Shown here: piece by piece, positions 18,483-28,144 of the stretch
Layout: every line of letters begins with the position of its first letter
How positions within the stretch are numbered: position 1 is the stretch's first letter
Assembly: GCF_034670325.1 (NCBI RefSeq)
Contig: NZ_JAXMNR010000012.1
Location: 16,350-80,349 of the forward strand
Reading direction: 5' to 3'
DNA: 64,000 bases
DNA from: Antarctobacter sp.
GTDB lineage: Bacteria; Pseudomonadota; Alphaproteobacteria; Rhodobacterales; Rhodobacteraceae
Made by a program: the position numbers and the translations under genes
The notes under the pieces: generated by a model
Told to the model about the DNA's origin: nothing
What the model saw: only the letters and a program-made list of their open reading frames with translations
The model's database searches: none

Positions 18483-19694
18483 TTACACCCTCTCGATGAT
18501 CGTCGCGGCACCCATGCCCGACGCGATGCAGAGCGTGGCCAGGCCGGTGCCTTTACCGGTCCGCTCCAACTCATCCAGCATGGTGCCAAGGATGATCGCG
18601 CCTGTCGCGCCCAAAGGGTGGCCCATGGCGATGGAACCGCCGTTCACGTTGACCTTGCTGTCGTCCACGTCAAAGGCCTGCATGAAGCGCAGCACAACCG
18701 AGGCAAAGGCCTCATTGACCTCAAACAGGTCGATGTCGCTGATCGACATGCCGCTGTCCTTGAGGATTTTCTGTGTCGCGGGGACCGGGCCGGTCAACAT
18801 GATGGTTGGATCGGTGCCGATTTTGCAGGTCGCCCGGATACGCGCACGCGGCTTCAGTCCGTATTTCTCGCCGAACTCCTTGTTGCCGATCAGCATGGCG
18901 GCCGATCCGTCCACGATGCCAGAGCTGTTGCCGGCATGGTGAATGTGGTTGATCCGCTCCAGATGCGGGTACTTCATCAGCGCGATGGCATCAAAACCCG
19001 GCATGACCTCGCCCATATCCTTGAACGACGGCTTGAGCGCGCCCAGCGTCTGCATGTCGGTGCCCGGCCGCATGTATTCGTCATGGTCGAGGATCGGAAG
19101 GCCGTTCACGTCGCGCACGGTGATGAGCGACTTTTCGAACCGCTTGTCCGCCCAAGCCGCGGCGGCCCGCTTTTGGCTTTCGACAGCCAGACCGTCAGCA
19201 TCATCACGCGAAAAGCCGTATTCGGTTGCGATGATATCGGCCGAGATGCCCTGCGGGACGAAATAGCTGTCCATGGCGATCGACGGATCGACCGCGATGG
19301 CCGCGCCGTCGCTGCCCATGGCCACGCGGCCCATCATTTCGACCCCGCCGGCGATATAGGCCTGACCGGCACCGCCCTTGACCTGGTTCGCGGCCAGGTT
19401 CACCGCCTCCAGACCCGAGGCGCAGAAACGGTTGATCGCAAGGCCGGGGATGCTCTCGTCAAGGTCGCTCGCCAATACGGCAGACCGCGCAAGGCAACCG
19501 CCCTGTTCGCCGACTTGGGTGACGTTTCCCCAGATCACGTCCTCGACGGCGTGACCATCAAGGCCGTTGCGGTCCTTCACGGCGTTCAAGACCTGTGCCG
19601 AAAGGCGCAGCGAGGTGACTTCGTGCAGGCTGCCATCCTTGCGGCCCTTGCCGCGCGGGGTGCGGACGGCGTCGTAGATATAGGCTTCGGTCAT
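18483..19694 (-). CDS. fadA: acetyl-CoA C-acyltransferase (3-ketoacyl-CoA thiolase)
   Basis: Thiolase signatures present: NRFCASGLEAV with the active-site Cys, and a C-terminal GLATLCIASGMG motif. Confidence 0.9.
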   Translation of the reverse strand: MTEAYIYDAVRTPRGKGRKDGSLHEVTSLRLSAQVLNAVKDRNGLDGHAVEDVIWGNVTQVGEQGGCLARSAVLASDLDESIPGLAINRFCASGLEAVNLAANQVKGGAGQAYIAGGVEMMGRVAMGSDGAAIAVDPSIAMDSYFVPQGISADIIATEYGFSRDDADGLAVESQKRAAAAWADKRFEKSLITVRDVNGLPILDHDEYMRPGTDMQTLGALKPSFKDMGEVMPGFDAIALMKYPHLERINHIHHAGNSSGIVDGSAAMLIGNKEFGEKYGLKPRARIRATCKIGTDPTIMLTGPVPATQKILKDSGMSISDIDLFEVNEAFASVVLRFMQAFDVDDSKVNVNGGSIAMGHPLGATGAIILGTMLDELERTGKGTGLATLCIASGMGAATIIERV

Positions 19695-19709
19695 GTGATA
19701 TCCTTTTCT

Positions 19710-20348
19710 TCAGGCCCGATCCGCAGGGGATCCGGGCATCAGCTCATAGGGTGCTTTCCAACGGGGCAGCCCCTCGATATTTTTCAGCCACCGGTCGATC
19801 GCGGGCCAATCGCTGCGGTCAAAACCAAAGGGTTCGGGGTAAAAGAGATAGCCGCAGCAGGTCAGGTCCGCATTTGTAGGCGCATCCCCAACGATCCACG
19901 TCCGGTTCGATAGGTGTGCGTCGAGAATGCCATAGGCGCTTTTGAGCCGCCCCTGCATGAAACCGATCACCTCTGCGGGTTGTTTCTCCTTGGGCAGGAA
20001 GTTCATCAGGAACCGCGTCATGCCTGCCATTGATGACAGCTTATGATTGTCCCAGAGTATCCAGCGCAGAACCTCGCGCTCTTCGGCGTTGGTCGCTCCG
20101 CCGAAATGTCCGTAGGTCTGGGACAGGTACTGCTGGATCACGCCGGACTGGCTGAGCCGGATGTCGCCATCCTCCAGCACCGGGCATTCACCCATCTCGT
20201 TGACGTCCTGCCGATATGGATCGGACCGGGTCTCACCGTTAAAGAAATCGACCTTCACCGGCTCCCAGTCCAGCCCGGCCAGTTCCAGCGCCAGTGCCGC
20301 CTTGTAAGAATGTCCCGACTCGCCAAAGCAATAGAGTTTCATGGTCAT
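19710..20348 (-). CDS. glutathione S-transferase family protein
   Basis: N-terminal thioredoxin-like GST domain (KLYCFGESGHSYK) followed by a C-terminal alpha-helical domain. Confidence 0.7.
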   Translation of the reverse strand: MTMKLYCFGESGHSYKAALALELAGLDWEPVKVDFFNGETRSDPYRQDVNEMGECPVLEDGDIRLSQSGVIQQYLSQTYGHFGGATNAEEREVLRWILWDNHKLSSMAGMTRFLMNFLPKEKQPAEVIGFMQGRLKSAYGILDAHLSNRTWIVGDAPTNADLTCCGYLFYPEPFGFDRSDWPAIDRWLKNIEGLPRWKAPYELMPGSPADRA

Positions 20349-20416
20349 CGCGCAGCGCCTCCCGTCGCGCCTGTTTTTCCCGACAGAGCGGGGGTTTCAC
20401 ACCCCCGCGCCCCCGT

Positions 20417-20441
20417 GGAGGTATTTTCACCAAGAAGAAGC
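20417..20441 (+). repeat. copy A of the GGAGG-TATTTTNNCCAAGAAGAAGC motif (left arm of an inverted pair)
   Basis: GGAGGTATTTTCACCAAGAAGAAGC; the inverted partner lies at 20620..20651 and a third copy at 35464..35488. Confidence 0.6.
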
Positions 20442-20485
20442 TGAAAGACGCTTCCGCCAGTAACCGAGCGTTAAGGTTAACGCGC

Positions 20486-20644
20486 CTAGTCTTGTTGTGC
20501 GGTACAGGCTGGAGAGCCGATGACCGCCCAAGGAGAAGTCCCGCTTCTAGCCAAAGGATCGGGCACCGCGGGGAGGCCGATTGCAGCCCGGATGTATGGG
20601 TCCGATACGCGGCCTTCCTGCTTCTTCTTGGTCAAAATACTCAT
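20486..20644 (-). CDS. small ORF (52 aa) starting inside motif copy B
   Basis: AAGGAGG Shine-Dalgarno directly upstream of ATG; product MSILTKKKQEGRV.... No homology is recognisable, and the ORF may simply be a by-product of the repeat motif. Confidence 0.25.
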   Translation of the reverse strand: MSILTKKKQEGRVSDPYIRAAIGLPAVPDPLARSGTSPWAVIGSPACTAQQD

Positions 20645-20651
20645 ATCCTCC
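20620..20651 (-). repeat. copy B of the SD-TATTTTNNCCAAGAAGAAGC motif (right arm, inverted)
   Basis: Minus-strand reading: GGAGGATATGAGTATTTTGACCAAGAAGAAGC. The core matches copy A at 20 of 21 positions. Confidence 0.6.
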
Positions 20652-20670
20652 TTCACCACGCCGCGCTGAC

Positions 20671-21810
20671 CTAGAGCGCGCGCGCGATCAGTTCTTTCAT
20701 GATCTCGTTCGTGCCGCCGTAGATGCGTTGAACCCGGGCATCGGCCCACATTTCGGCCACGGCGTATTCCTGCATAAAGCCATAACCGCCATGCAGCTGG
20801 ACGCATTCATCCAGAACCTCGCCTTGCGTGTCGCTCAGCCAGTATTTCGCCATAGCCGCCTTTTCGACGCTCAGTTTGCCTTCCAGATGCTCGGCCATGC
20901 AGGCATCGAGGAAGGCGCGCGAGACCGTCGTCTTGGTCTGACATTCCGCCAGCTTGAAACGGGTGTTCTGGAACTGGGTAAGCGGGCCACCAAAGGCTTC
21001 GCGTTCCTTGCAATAGCGAACCGTGCGGTCCACCGCGCCTTCCATCGCGCCCACCGCGCCGCAGGCGATGATCAATCGCTCCTGCGGGAGTTGCTGCATC
21101 ATCTGGTAGAACCCTTGCCCCTCGGCACCGCCCAGCAGGTTTTCCGGCGGTATTTCAACATTGTCGAAGAACAGCTCGGATGTGTCGGCCGCGTGGCAGC
21201 CGATCTTGTCGAGGTTGCGACCTCGGCTGAACCCTGCCGCGCCTTCGGTTTCGACCACCATCAGCGACATGCCTTTGGAGCCTTCCTTGGGATCGGTCTT
21301 GGCCGCCACGATGATCAAGTTCGCGTGTTGCCCATTGGTGATAAAGGTCTTTTGCCCGCTCAGCCGGTAGGCGTTGCCCTCTTTCACAGCCTTGGTCTTT
21401 AGCCGCTGCACATCCGACCCGCCCGAGGGTTCTGTCATCGCCAATGCGCCCACCAGCTCACCAGTCACCATCTTGGGCAGCCAGCGCGCTTTTTGCTCCT
21501 CGGTGCCGTAGGACAGGATGTAGTGCGCGACGATGCCAGAGTGAATGCCGTGACCCCAGCTGGCCAGATTGGCGCGCCCGGCCTCTATCAGGATTACCGC
21601 CTCATGGCCGAAATCGCCGCCCGCGCCGCCGTATTCCTCTGGAATCGAGGGACAGAGCAGGCCCAGTTCACCTGCCTGTGCCCATGTTTCGCGGTCCATC
21701 TGGCCCTGCTTGCGCCATTTGTCATAGAGCGGCTGCCATTCGGTTTCGATGAACTTCGCCGTCATCTCGGCCAGCATGGCGTGTTCGTCGGTCATCCAGT
21801 TTTGCGGCAT
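20671..21810 (-). CDS. acyl-CoA dehydrogenase
   Basis: ACAD N-terminal, middle and C-terminal domains, including [31 protein letters not shown]. The start is chosen at MPQNWMTDE; the ORF extends to 21879. Confidence 0.85.
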   Translation of the reverse strand: MPQNWMTDEHAMLAEMTAKFIETEWQPLYDKWRKQGQMDRETWAQAGELGLLCPSIPEEYGGAGGDFGHEAVILIEAGRANLASWGHGIHSGIVAHYILSYGTEEQKARWLPKMVTGELVGALAMTEPSGGSDVQRLKTKAVKEGNAYRLSGQKTFITNGQHANLIIVAAKTDPKEGSKGMSLMVVETEGAAGFSRGRNLDKIGCHAADTSELFFDNVEIPPENLLGGAEGQGFYQMMQQLPQERLIIACGAVGAMEGAVDRTVRYCKEREAFGGPLTQFQNTRFKLAECQTKTTVSRAFLDACMAEHLEGKLSVEKAAMAKYWLSDTQGEVLDECVQLHGGYGFMQEYAVAEMWADARVQRIYGGTNEIMKELIARAL

Positions 21811-21820
21811 GGGGTCCCCG

Positions 21821-22033
21821 TTATGTCTTGCGTTCGTCCAGATCGGCATTGAACAGCCGCAACCGGTGCGCCAGCGCATCGGTGTCGGTCACGCTGTCGA
21901 AGTGTTCAAAGAGGAAAGACAAAGCCTCACCTTCGTCCAGCCCCGCCTCGTGGGCAAAACGTTTGAGCTTGCGATAGCCGTCTTCGGTCATCGCGACCGG
22001 AAAGCGGCGAGTCAGGCGAAATCGTTTTGGCAT
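21821..22033 (-). CDS. small ribbon-helix-helix-like protein (70 aa)
   Basis: GGAGGAG Shine-Dalgarno before ATG. Product [32 protein letters not shown]... shows a beta-strand then helix pattern like CopG/RHH. It sits 8 nt upstream of the acyl-CoA dehydrogenase start. Confidence 0.45.
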   Translation of the reverse strand: MPKRFRLTRRFPVAMTEDGYRKLKRFAHEAGLDEGEALSFLFEHFDSVTDTDALAHRLRLFNADLDERKT

Positions 22034-22114
22034 GGGCTCCTCCGAGGCTGGGTGTGCCGGGCGGGTCGCCCGGCGATGGGGCGGCGGGGACATCCCACCG
22101 CGCATACCTTTGCC

Positions 22115-23896
22115 TCAGAACGCGTCCGCCTCAAGCGCCATGACCGTCTCTGCGCCACTCTCGATCCGCTTGAGGTGGGTGCCGGTCATCGGCAACTGGC
22201 GCGCCATGTAGTAACGCCCGGTCGCGATCTTGGTGGCGTAGAAGTCCGCATCGCCCCCACCTGCGGCCAGCTTGGCCTTTGCGGTCCATGCCATTTTCGA
22301 CCACATCAGCCCAAGGCACACATGCCCGAAGAGGTGCATGAAGTCGTAAGAGCCGGACAGCGCGTTGTTCGGGTTCTTCATGCCGTTCTGCATGAAATAC
22401 ATGCCCGCCGCCTGCAGATCCTTGGAGGCCGCCTTGAGCGGGTCGAGGAAGTGTTTATCGAAATCCTCGTCCTGACCTTTGTGTTCAGAGGCAAAGCTTT
22501 TGACCATGTCAAAGAAGGCCATGACGTGTTTGCCGCCATCCTGCGCCAGCTTGCGGCCCACGAGGTCCAGCGCCTGCACGCCATTTGCACCTTCGTAGAT
22601 CATGGCAATGCGGGCGTCGCGGGCGAACTGCGACATGCCCCATTCCTCGATGTAGCCGTGGCCGCCATAGACCTGCTGCGCGGCAGTGGCCATCTCGAAG
22701 CCCTTGTCGGTCAGAAAGCCTTTGACGATCGGGGTCAGCAGGGAAATCAGGCCGTCGGCGGCGGCATCGTCTGTCTTGTGCGCGCGGTCGATCATCGACG
22801 CGCCCCAAAAAACAAAAGCGCGGGCCGCTTCGACAAAGCTTTTCTGATCCATCAGGTTGCGGCGGATATCGGGGTGCACGATCAGCGGATCGGCGGGGCC
22901 ATCCGGGTTCTTTACACCGGTCACGTCGCGCCCCTGCAGACGGTCCTTGGCGTATTCAACGGCGTTCTGATAGGCGACTTCGGCCTGAGCATAGCCTTGA
23001 AGACCGACACCGACGCGGGCCTCGTTCATCATGGTGAACATGGCGCGCATGCCCTTGTGCTCGTCGCCCAACAAATAGCCCGTCGCCTCGTCGTAATCCA
23101 TGACGCAGGTCGAATTGCCGTGGATGCCCATCTTTTCCTCGATCTTGCCGACCGAGACGCCATTGCGCGCGCCAGGATTGCCATCGGCATCGACGATGAA
23201 CTTGGGCACGATGAACAGGGAGACGCCCTTGATACCCTCGGGGCCGCCGGGGATCTTGGCCAGAACCAGATGGATCACGTTCTGGCTCATGTCGTGGTCA
23301 CCGGCAGAGATAAAGATCTTCTGTCCGGTGACTTTGTAGCTGCCATCGTCCTGCGGGACGGCCTTGGTGCGCATCAGGCCCAGATCGGTGCCGCAGTGCG
23401 GCTCGGTCAGGTTCATGGTGCCGGTCCATTCACAGGTCACCATCTTGGGCAGGTACATCGCCTTCTGCTCATCGGACCCATGCGCGTGGATCGCCGAATA
23501 GGCGCCGTGGGTCAGGCCGGGATACATGTTGAAGGCCATGTTGGCGGCGGAGAATTGTTCGCCCACCGCAGTGGCCAACACATAGGGGAGACCCTGGCCA
23601 CCATACTCCGGGTCGCAGTCCAGTGCCGTCCAACCGCCTTCGCGCATCTGGTCGAAGGCCTCAAGGAACCCTTTCGGCGTGCGCACCACACCGTTTTCAA
23701 GGACACAGCCCTCGGTGTCGCCAACCTGATTCAACGGGGCCAGCACGTTCTCGGCCAATTTGGCCGCCTCGCCGAGGATCGCGTCGAGTGTTTCGCGGTC
23801 CAAGTCTTCGTATCCGGGGATATCCTGCGTGCTGATCTTCAGAACATCGTCGAGGATGAACATCTGGTCTTGGGTTGGCGCCGTGTAGCTGGGCAT
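22115..23896 (-). CDS. fadE: large acyl-CoA dehydrogenase (FadE-like, ~590 aa class)
   Basis: ACAD core ([21 protein letters not shown]) plus N- and C-terminal extensions typical of the long FadE/AidB-like family. Confidence 0.8.
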   Translation of the reverse strand: MPSYTAPTQDQMFILDDVLKISTQDIPGYEDLDRETLDAILGEAAKLAENVLAPLNQVGDTEGCVLENGVVRTPKGFLEAFDQMREGGWTALDCDPEYGGQGLPYVLATAVGEQFSAANMAFNMYPGLTHGAYSAIHAHGSDEQKAMYLPKMVTCEWTGTMNLTEPHCGTDLGLMRTKAVPQDDGSYKVTGQKIFISAGDHDMSQNVIHLVLAKIPGGPEGIKGVSLFIVPKFIVDADGNPGARNGVSVGKIEEKMGIHGNSTCVMDYDEATGYLLGDEHKGMRAMFTMMNEARVGVGLQGYAQAEVAYQNAVEYAKDRLQGRDVTGVKNPDGPADPLIVHPDIRRNLMDQKSFVEAARAFVFWGASMIDRAHKTDDAAADGLISLLTPIVKGFLTDKGFEMATAAQQVYGGHGYIEEWGMSQFARDARIAMIYEGANGVQALDLVGRKLAQDGGKHVMAFFDMVKSFASEHKGQDEDFDKHFLDPLKAASKDLQAAGMYFMQNGMKNPNNALSGSYDFMHLFGHVCLGLMWSKMAWTAKAKLAAGGGDADFYATKIATGRYYMARQLPMTGTHLKRIESGAETVMALEADAF

Positions 23897-23932
23897 GTCT
23901 CTCTCCCTAAAGTCCTGCCCGCGACCCCCTGT

Positions 23933-24343
23933 TTACCGGGCCGCGCGCTTCTGCTCAATTGAGGCCAGCATCCGCTCGCCCCATTTCATCTGGTCCTGCA
24001 ACTCACCGATCGCGGTGTTCAGATCGTCCCGCTGCCGGATCAGGTCCGCCAACCGGTTTTTCGCCACCCCGTAGGCCGCTTCCAGCTGCGTCTGCTGCCG
24101 GTCGCCCACATGGTAGAGGTCAAGCAGTTGCCTGATTTCCTCAAGGCTGAAACCAAACCGCTTGCCGCGCAAGATCAGCTTTAGCCGGGCCCGGTCGCGC
24201 CGGGTAAACAGCCGTTTCTGGCCTTCGCGTATCGGGAAGAGCAGCTCCTTCTGCTCATAAAAGCGCAAGGTTCGAGGGGTCACCTCGAACGTGTCGCACA
24301 TTTCCCGGATCGTCATCAGTTGCCCATCTGTCATGTCTCGCAT
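23933..24343 (-). CDS. MerR family transcriptional regulator (LiuR-like)
   Basis: N-terminal HTH (MTIREMCDTFEVTPRTLRFYEQKELL) followed by a coiled-coil. The true start is probably an internal Met. Confidence 0.75.
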   Translation of the reverse strand: MRDMTDGQLMTIREMCDTFEVTPRTLRFYEQKELLFPIREGQKRLFTRRDRARLKLILRGKRFGFSLEEIRQLLDLYHVGDRQQTQLEAAYGVAKNRLADLIRQRDDLNTAIGELQDQMKWGERMLASIEQKRAAR

Positions 24344-24424
24344 CCCCGGTTCTCCATGTCCGTCACATCAGTGTCACGGAGAGGAGGTGCAGGTTGCGCT
24401 CCCTTCTTACAATGGGAATTCGCG

Positions 24425-24482
24425 TTGACGTAACTCATACGCTGCGTCACTCACGGCTTGACGTAAGATAAGGCAAGGTCAA
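24425..24482. promoter_or_regulatory. two TTGACGTAA direct repeats, each part of a palindrome (TGACG-N14-CGTCA; TTGAC-N15-GTCAA); candidate MerR/LiuR operators
   Basis: Located in the intergenic region between the two MerR genes. MerR regulators bind dyads inside long-spacer promoters. Confidence 0.35.
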
Positions 24483-24581
24483 GTGCTGCTTTGCGCAATA
24501 TTTTTACCAACGGGTAAAATTTCTGCGCAGCGAATGGCTTAGGCGGTTTGGCGTGACTGCGACCAAAGCGTCAATCAGGTG

Positions 24582-24974
24582 TCAACCGGCACCGTTCAAC
24601 GTTTGGTCAGTCTCGTCACGCAGTGCTTTTAATTCGTTCATTGCTTCGTCAAGTTGGCGCCGCTCGTCTTCGAGATGGGCAAGTTGCCGGTCTGCCATGG
24701 CGATCCATGCCCGCATTTGCGCCTCGGTGCCTTCGTGTTCGTAGATCAGCAGCCACTGGCGAATATCTTCGAGTTGGAAACCAAATTTTCGGCCGCGCAG
24801 AATCAGCGTCATCCGCGCAATCTCGCGCGGGCCGTAGTGGCGCGACCGGCCATCCCGCTCGGGGGTCAGAAGCTCAATATATTCGTAATAGCGCAAGGTT
24901 CGCGGCGTGACGTCGAACTTTGCGCACATTTCCTTGAACGTCAGACGCGTGTCGCTCATCACCTGTCTCCCCAT
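24582..24974 (-). CDS. MerR family transcriptional regulator (second paralog)
   Basis: HTH MSDTRLTFKEMCAKFDVTPRTLRYYEYIELL. Same architecture as its neighbour. Confidence 0.75.
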   Translation of the reverse strand: MGRQVMSDTRLTFKEMCAKFDVTPRTLRYYEYIELLTPERDGRSRHYGPREIARMTLILRGRKFGFQLEDIRQWLLIYEHEGTEAQMRAWIAMADRQLAHLEDERRQLDEAMNELKALRDETDQTLNGAG

Positions 24975-25098
24975 CGTCCACGGTGAAACCTAGGCCGCAG
25001 CTGCCCCCGAGACAACCCGACGTCAGTGCGCACCCCGATCCCGGATCGCTTGCAGCCCTCCACCCGCGCGCCCATAAAGATCCCAAGGAGAACCCCCA

Positions 25099-25521
25099 AT
25101 GACCGCAGACAAGGCCCGCATTGCCCGTCAGTTCATCGATTCCATACCGCATTGCCGTGCGCTGGGCATGGAAATCACCGAAATCGGCGACGGGCTGGCA
25201 GAGATTCGCCTGCCCTACGACGCCCGCTTTATCGGTGACCCCGAAACCGGCGTGATCCATGGCGGCGCGGTTTCGGCCCTGATGGACACGTGCAGCGGTG
25301 CGGCGGTCATGAGCCACCCGCAATCGCCCGCCGGCACGGCGACCATCGACCTGCGGCTGGACTACATGCGGCCCGCCACGCCGGGGCAGACCATCACGGC
25401 GCGTGCCGAATGCTATCACATCACCCGCTCGGTCGCCTTTGTCCGCGCGACCGCCATGGACGAAGACCCAGAACGCCCGGTGGCGACGGCAGCCGGCACA
25501 TTCACCGTGGAGGGCAAATGA
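25099..25521 (+). CDS. PaaI/hotdog-fold acyl-CoA thioesterase
   Basis: 140 aa with a hotdog thioesterase motif ([17 protein letters not shown]). Confidence 0.7.
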   Translation: MTADKARIARQFIDSIPHCRALGMEITEIGDGLAEIRLPYDARFIGDPETGVIHGGAVSALMDTCSGAAVMSHPQSPAGTATIDLRLDYMRPATPGQTITARAECYHITRSVAFVRATAMDEDPERPVATAAGTFTVEGK

Positions 25522-26030
25522 TGGCGCACACCCCTCCTGAACCCGTCCAGATCATCAAGCAGCGTCGTGACGCCGCGTTGTCGGCGCTGGTGTCGGGCGT
25601 GCCTTACATGCAGTATCTCGGGGTGAGCTTTGACCGCCGTGGCGATGAGCTCACCGCAATTCTGTCCTATGACGAAAAGCTGATCGGCAACCCATTCCTG
25701 CCCGCGATCCACGGTGGGGTGACCGCCGCCTTTCTTGAGATGACGGCCATGGTCACGCTAAGCTGGAGCTATCTTTGGCAGGATATCGAGTCCGGAACGC
25801 TTGATCCCGACGAAATGGCGCGCGGCGCGCTGCCCCGCCTGCCGAAGACCATCGACTTTACCGTCGACTATCTGCGCACGGGGCTGCCGCGTGACGCCTA
25901 TGCCCGCGCCCGTGTGACTCGGTCAGGGCGGCGCTATGCCAGCGTGCAGGCCGAGGCATGGCAAGACAATCGTGACCGCCCCATCGCCGAGGCGACGGCG
26001 CATTTCCTGATGCCGCGCCGAGACGACTGA
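25518..26030 (+). CDS. hotdog-fold thioesterase (second copy)
   Basis: ATGATGG overlap with the upstream stop codon. Motif [17 protein letters not shown]. The ORF extends upstream to 25290 in this frame. Confidence 0.65.
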   Translation: MMAHTPPEPVQIIKQRRDAALSALVSGVPYMQYLGVSFDRRGDELTAILSYDEKLIGNPFLPAIHGGVTAAFLEMTAMVTLSWSYLWQDIESGTLDPDEMARGALPRLPKTIDFTVDYLRTGLPRDAYARARVTRSGRRYASVQAEAWQDNRDRPIAEATAHFLMPRRDD

Positions 26031-26139
26031 ACGGACCGGTTGCGGCTCTTGCCGATCCGGAAAGCCTGACATACCCGGTACATATCCTTTCTGGCGATGC
26101 AGCTTTGTCTACATCGCGTTTTTCGACAATTGAATTGCC

Positions 26140-27456
26140 ATGACCACAGCAGAGCCCATCACCCACGCCCGTGTCCTGCGGATCGCCGTTCCCATCGTGC
26201 TGGCGAACATGACGGTGCCGTTGCAGGGCGTGGCCGACACCGCTGTGATCGGCCAGATCCCCGACGCGACACCCATTGCCGCCGTCGCGATAGGTGCCGC
26301 GCTGTTGTCGACCCTTCTCTGGGTCTTCGGGTTCCTGCGGATGGGTACGGCGGGCATGACCGCGCAGGCGCATGGTGCCGGCGACCGGGCAGAGGTCGCG
26401 GCACTGCTGACCCGCGCGCTGATGATCGGCGGGGCAGGGGGGCTGTTACTGATCCCGCTCATGGGGCCGATTGCCGATCTGGGGTTTGCCTATTCCCCGG
26501 CCGCCGATGAGGTAAAAACCCTTGCCCGCGACTACATGGACATCCGCATCCTGTCGGCCCCGGCGGCCGTGGCGATCTTTGGCATCAATGGCTGGCTCGG
26601 CGCGCAAGAGCGCACGCGCTCGATGCTGGCGCTACAGATCTGGATCGTCAGCCTGAACATCGCGCTTAACCTGCTGTTCGTGGTGGGCTGGGACCTTGGA
26701 GTGCCGGGCCTTGCATGGGCGACGGTCTGCGCCGACTGGACCGGCTTGGCCCTTGGCCTCTGGCTCTGCCGGGGGGCTTTTGCCAACCCGGCATGGCGCG
26801 ACTGGCCGCGGGTTTTTGACCGCGCCCGCCTGCGCGTCATGGCGGTGGTCAACAGCGATATCCTCCTGCGCTCGCTCATGCTCGAGGCGGTGCTGCTGTC
26901 GTTCATCTTCTACTACAGCGCCGGATTCGGGGTGGTGGTTTTGGCGGCAAGCCATGTTCTTCTGCACTTCATCGAAATCATGGCCTATGCGTTGGACGGT
27001 TTCGCCTTTGCCGCCGAGGCGATGGTGGGGCAGGCGTTCGGAGCCCGCGCGCTGGACCGGATGCGCCGCGCTGTCTGGCTGACCAGCCTCTGGGGATTCC
27101 TGTCGAACTTTGCCTTCGCGCTGACTTTCGCCTTGCTGGGCGGGGGGATCATCGACGCGATTACCAAAGACCCGGAAGTGCAGCAGGCTGCGCGGCAGTT
27201 CTTGCCGTGGATCGTGCTGGCACCGGTCCTTGGCCTGCCGGCCTGGATGCTGGACGGTATCTTTATCGGGGCAACGCGGACTCGCGACATGCGCAACATG
27301 ATGGCGGTCTCGGTCTTAATCTACTTCGCTGCGGCCACGGTGCTGATCCCGCTCTGGGGGCCGCACGGCATGTGGGCCGCGCTGATGATCGCCTTTATCG
27401 CGCGTGGCGTGACGCTGGGTCTGCGGTATCCGTCTCTGGAACGGGCAATGCAGTAA
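26140..27456 (+). CDS. MATE family efflux transporter
   Basis: 438 aa and polytopic. N-terminus as in MATE NorM/DinF (RIAVPIVLANMTVPLQGVADTAVIGQ). Confidence 0.8.
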   Translation: MTTAEPITHARVLRIAVPIVLANMTVPLQGVADTAVIGQIPDATPIAAVAIGAALLSTLLWVFGFLRMGTAGMTAQAHGAGDRAEVAALLTRALMIGGAGGLLLIPLMGPIADLGFAYSPAADEVKTLARDYMDIRILSAPAAVAIFGINGWLGAQERTRSMLALQIWIVSLNIALNLLFVVGWDLGVPGLAWATVCADWTGLALGLWLCRGAFANPAWRDWPRVFDRARLRVMAVVNSDILLRSLMLEAVLLSFIFYYSAGFGVVVLAASHVLLHFIEIMAYALDGFAFAAEAMVGQAFGARALDRMRRAVWLTSLWGFLSNFAFALTFALLGGGIIDAITKDPEVQQAARQFLPWIVLAPVLGLPAWMLDGIFIGATRTRDMRNMMAVSVLIYFAAATVLIPLWGPHGMWAALMIAFIARGVTLGLRYPSLERAMQ

Positions 27457-27530
27457 CAAAGACGCGAGGCGCAGGGTAAGTCTATGAAAGAGAACTAGAC
27501 GACCGGTCTAATCATTCCTAACTGCTCCTC

Positions 27531-28112
27531 ATGACAGAGACGCCAAATACCCGCCAGACGATCCTTGATGCCGGTCAGGCACTGATGTTGACGTCTGGCT
27601 TTGCAGGATTGGGCCTCTCGACCCTGCTTAAGGCGGCAGGGGTGCCCAAGGGGTCGTTCTATCATTGGTTCGAGTCCAAGGAAGATTTCGGCCGCGCTGC
27701 GATTGAGGTCTATGCCGAAGGGTACATCACCCGGCTTGACGCACTGATTGAAGGGGCGGGAACGGGGGCGGACAAACTCGACCGCTTCTTTGGCGCTTGG
27801 AGGTCGGACGCTGCGACCGCTGGGCTGGCCGAACGCTGCCTTGTGGTCAAACTGGGGGCTGAAGTGTCCGACCTGTCCGAGGCCATGCGCGCGGCGATGG
27901 ACCGGGGCGTGCAGCAATTCATTGGCCGTCTTGCCGACCTCTTGGGGCAGGGGGCCGAGGATGGCAGCTTGCGCACCCTTGCTGATCCACTATCCGAGGC
28001 CCGCCGCATCTACGCGTCCCTACTGGGCGCGGCAATCCTGACCCGGATTTCGCGCAATGATGCCGCTCTGTGCGATGCAACGAACGACGCCCGCGCGCGT
28101 TTGAAATCCTGA
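27531..28112 (+). CDS. TetR/AcrR family transcriptional regulator
   Basis: TetR HTH (TRQTILDAGQALMLTSGFAGLGLSTLLKAAGVPKGSFYHWFESKED). Confidence 0.85.
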   Translation: MTETPNTRQTILDAGQALMLTSGFAGLGLSTLLKAAGVPKGSFYHWFESKEDFGRAAIEVYAEGYITRLDALIEGAGTGADKLDRFFGAWRSDAATAGLAERCLVVKLGAEVSDLSEAMRAAMDRGVQQFIGRLADLLGQGAEDGSLRTLADPLSEARRIYASLLGAAILTRISRNDAALCDATNDARARLKS

Positions 28113-28144
28113 ACATCCATACACTCTAGATAAGGAACACCACG

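Noticed and set aside
20294-20674. 126-aa plus-strand ORF spanning the acyl-CoA dehydrogenase/GST intergenic region
   Set aside because: It has no ATG or RBS-supported start of its own. The only SD is the motif copy A, followed by ATT. It overlaps the minus-strand small ORF and reads through both repeat arms. It is more likely a by-product of the repeat element.
21749-23962. 737-aa ORF on the plus strand
   Set aside because: Antisense to the FadE-like acyl-CoA dehydrogenase. Same compositional artefact.
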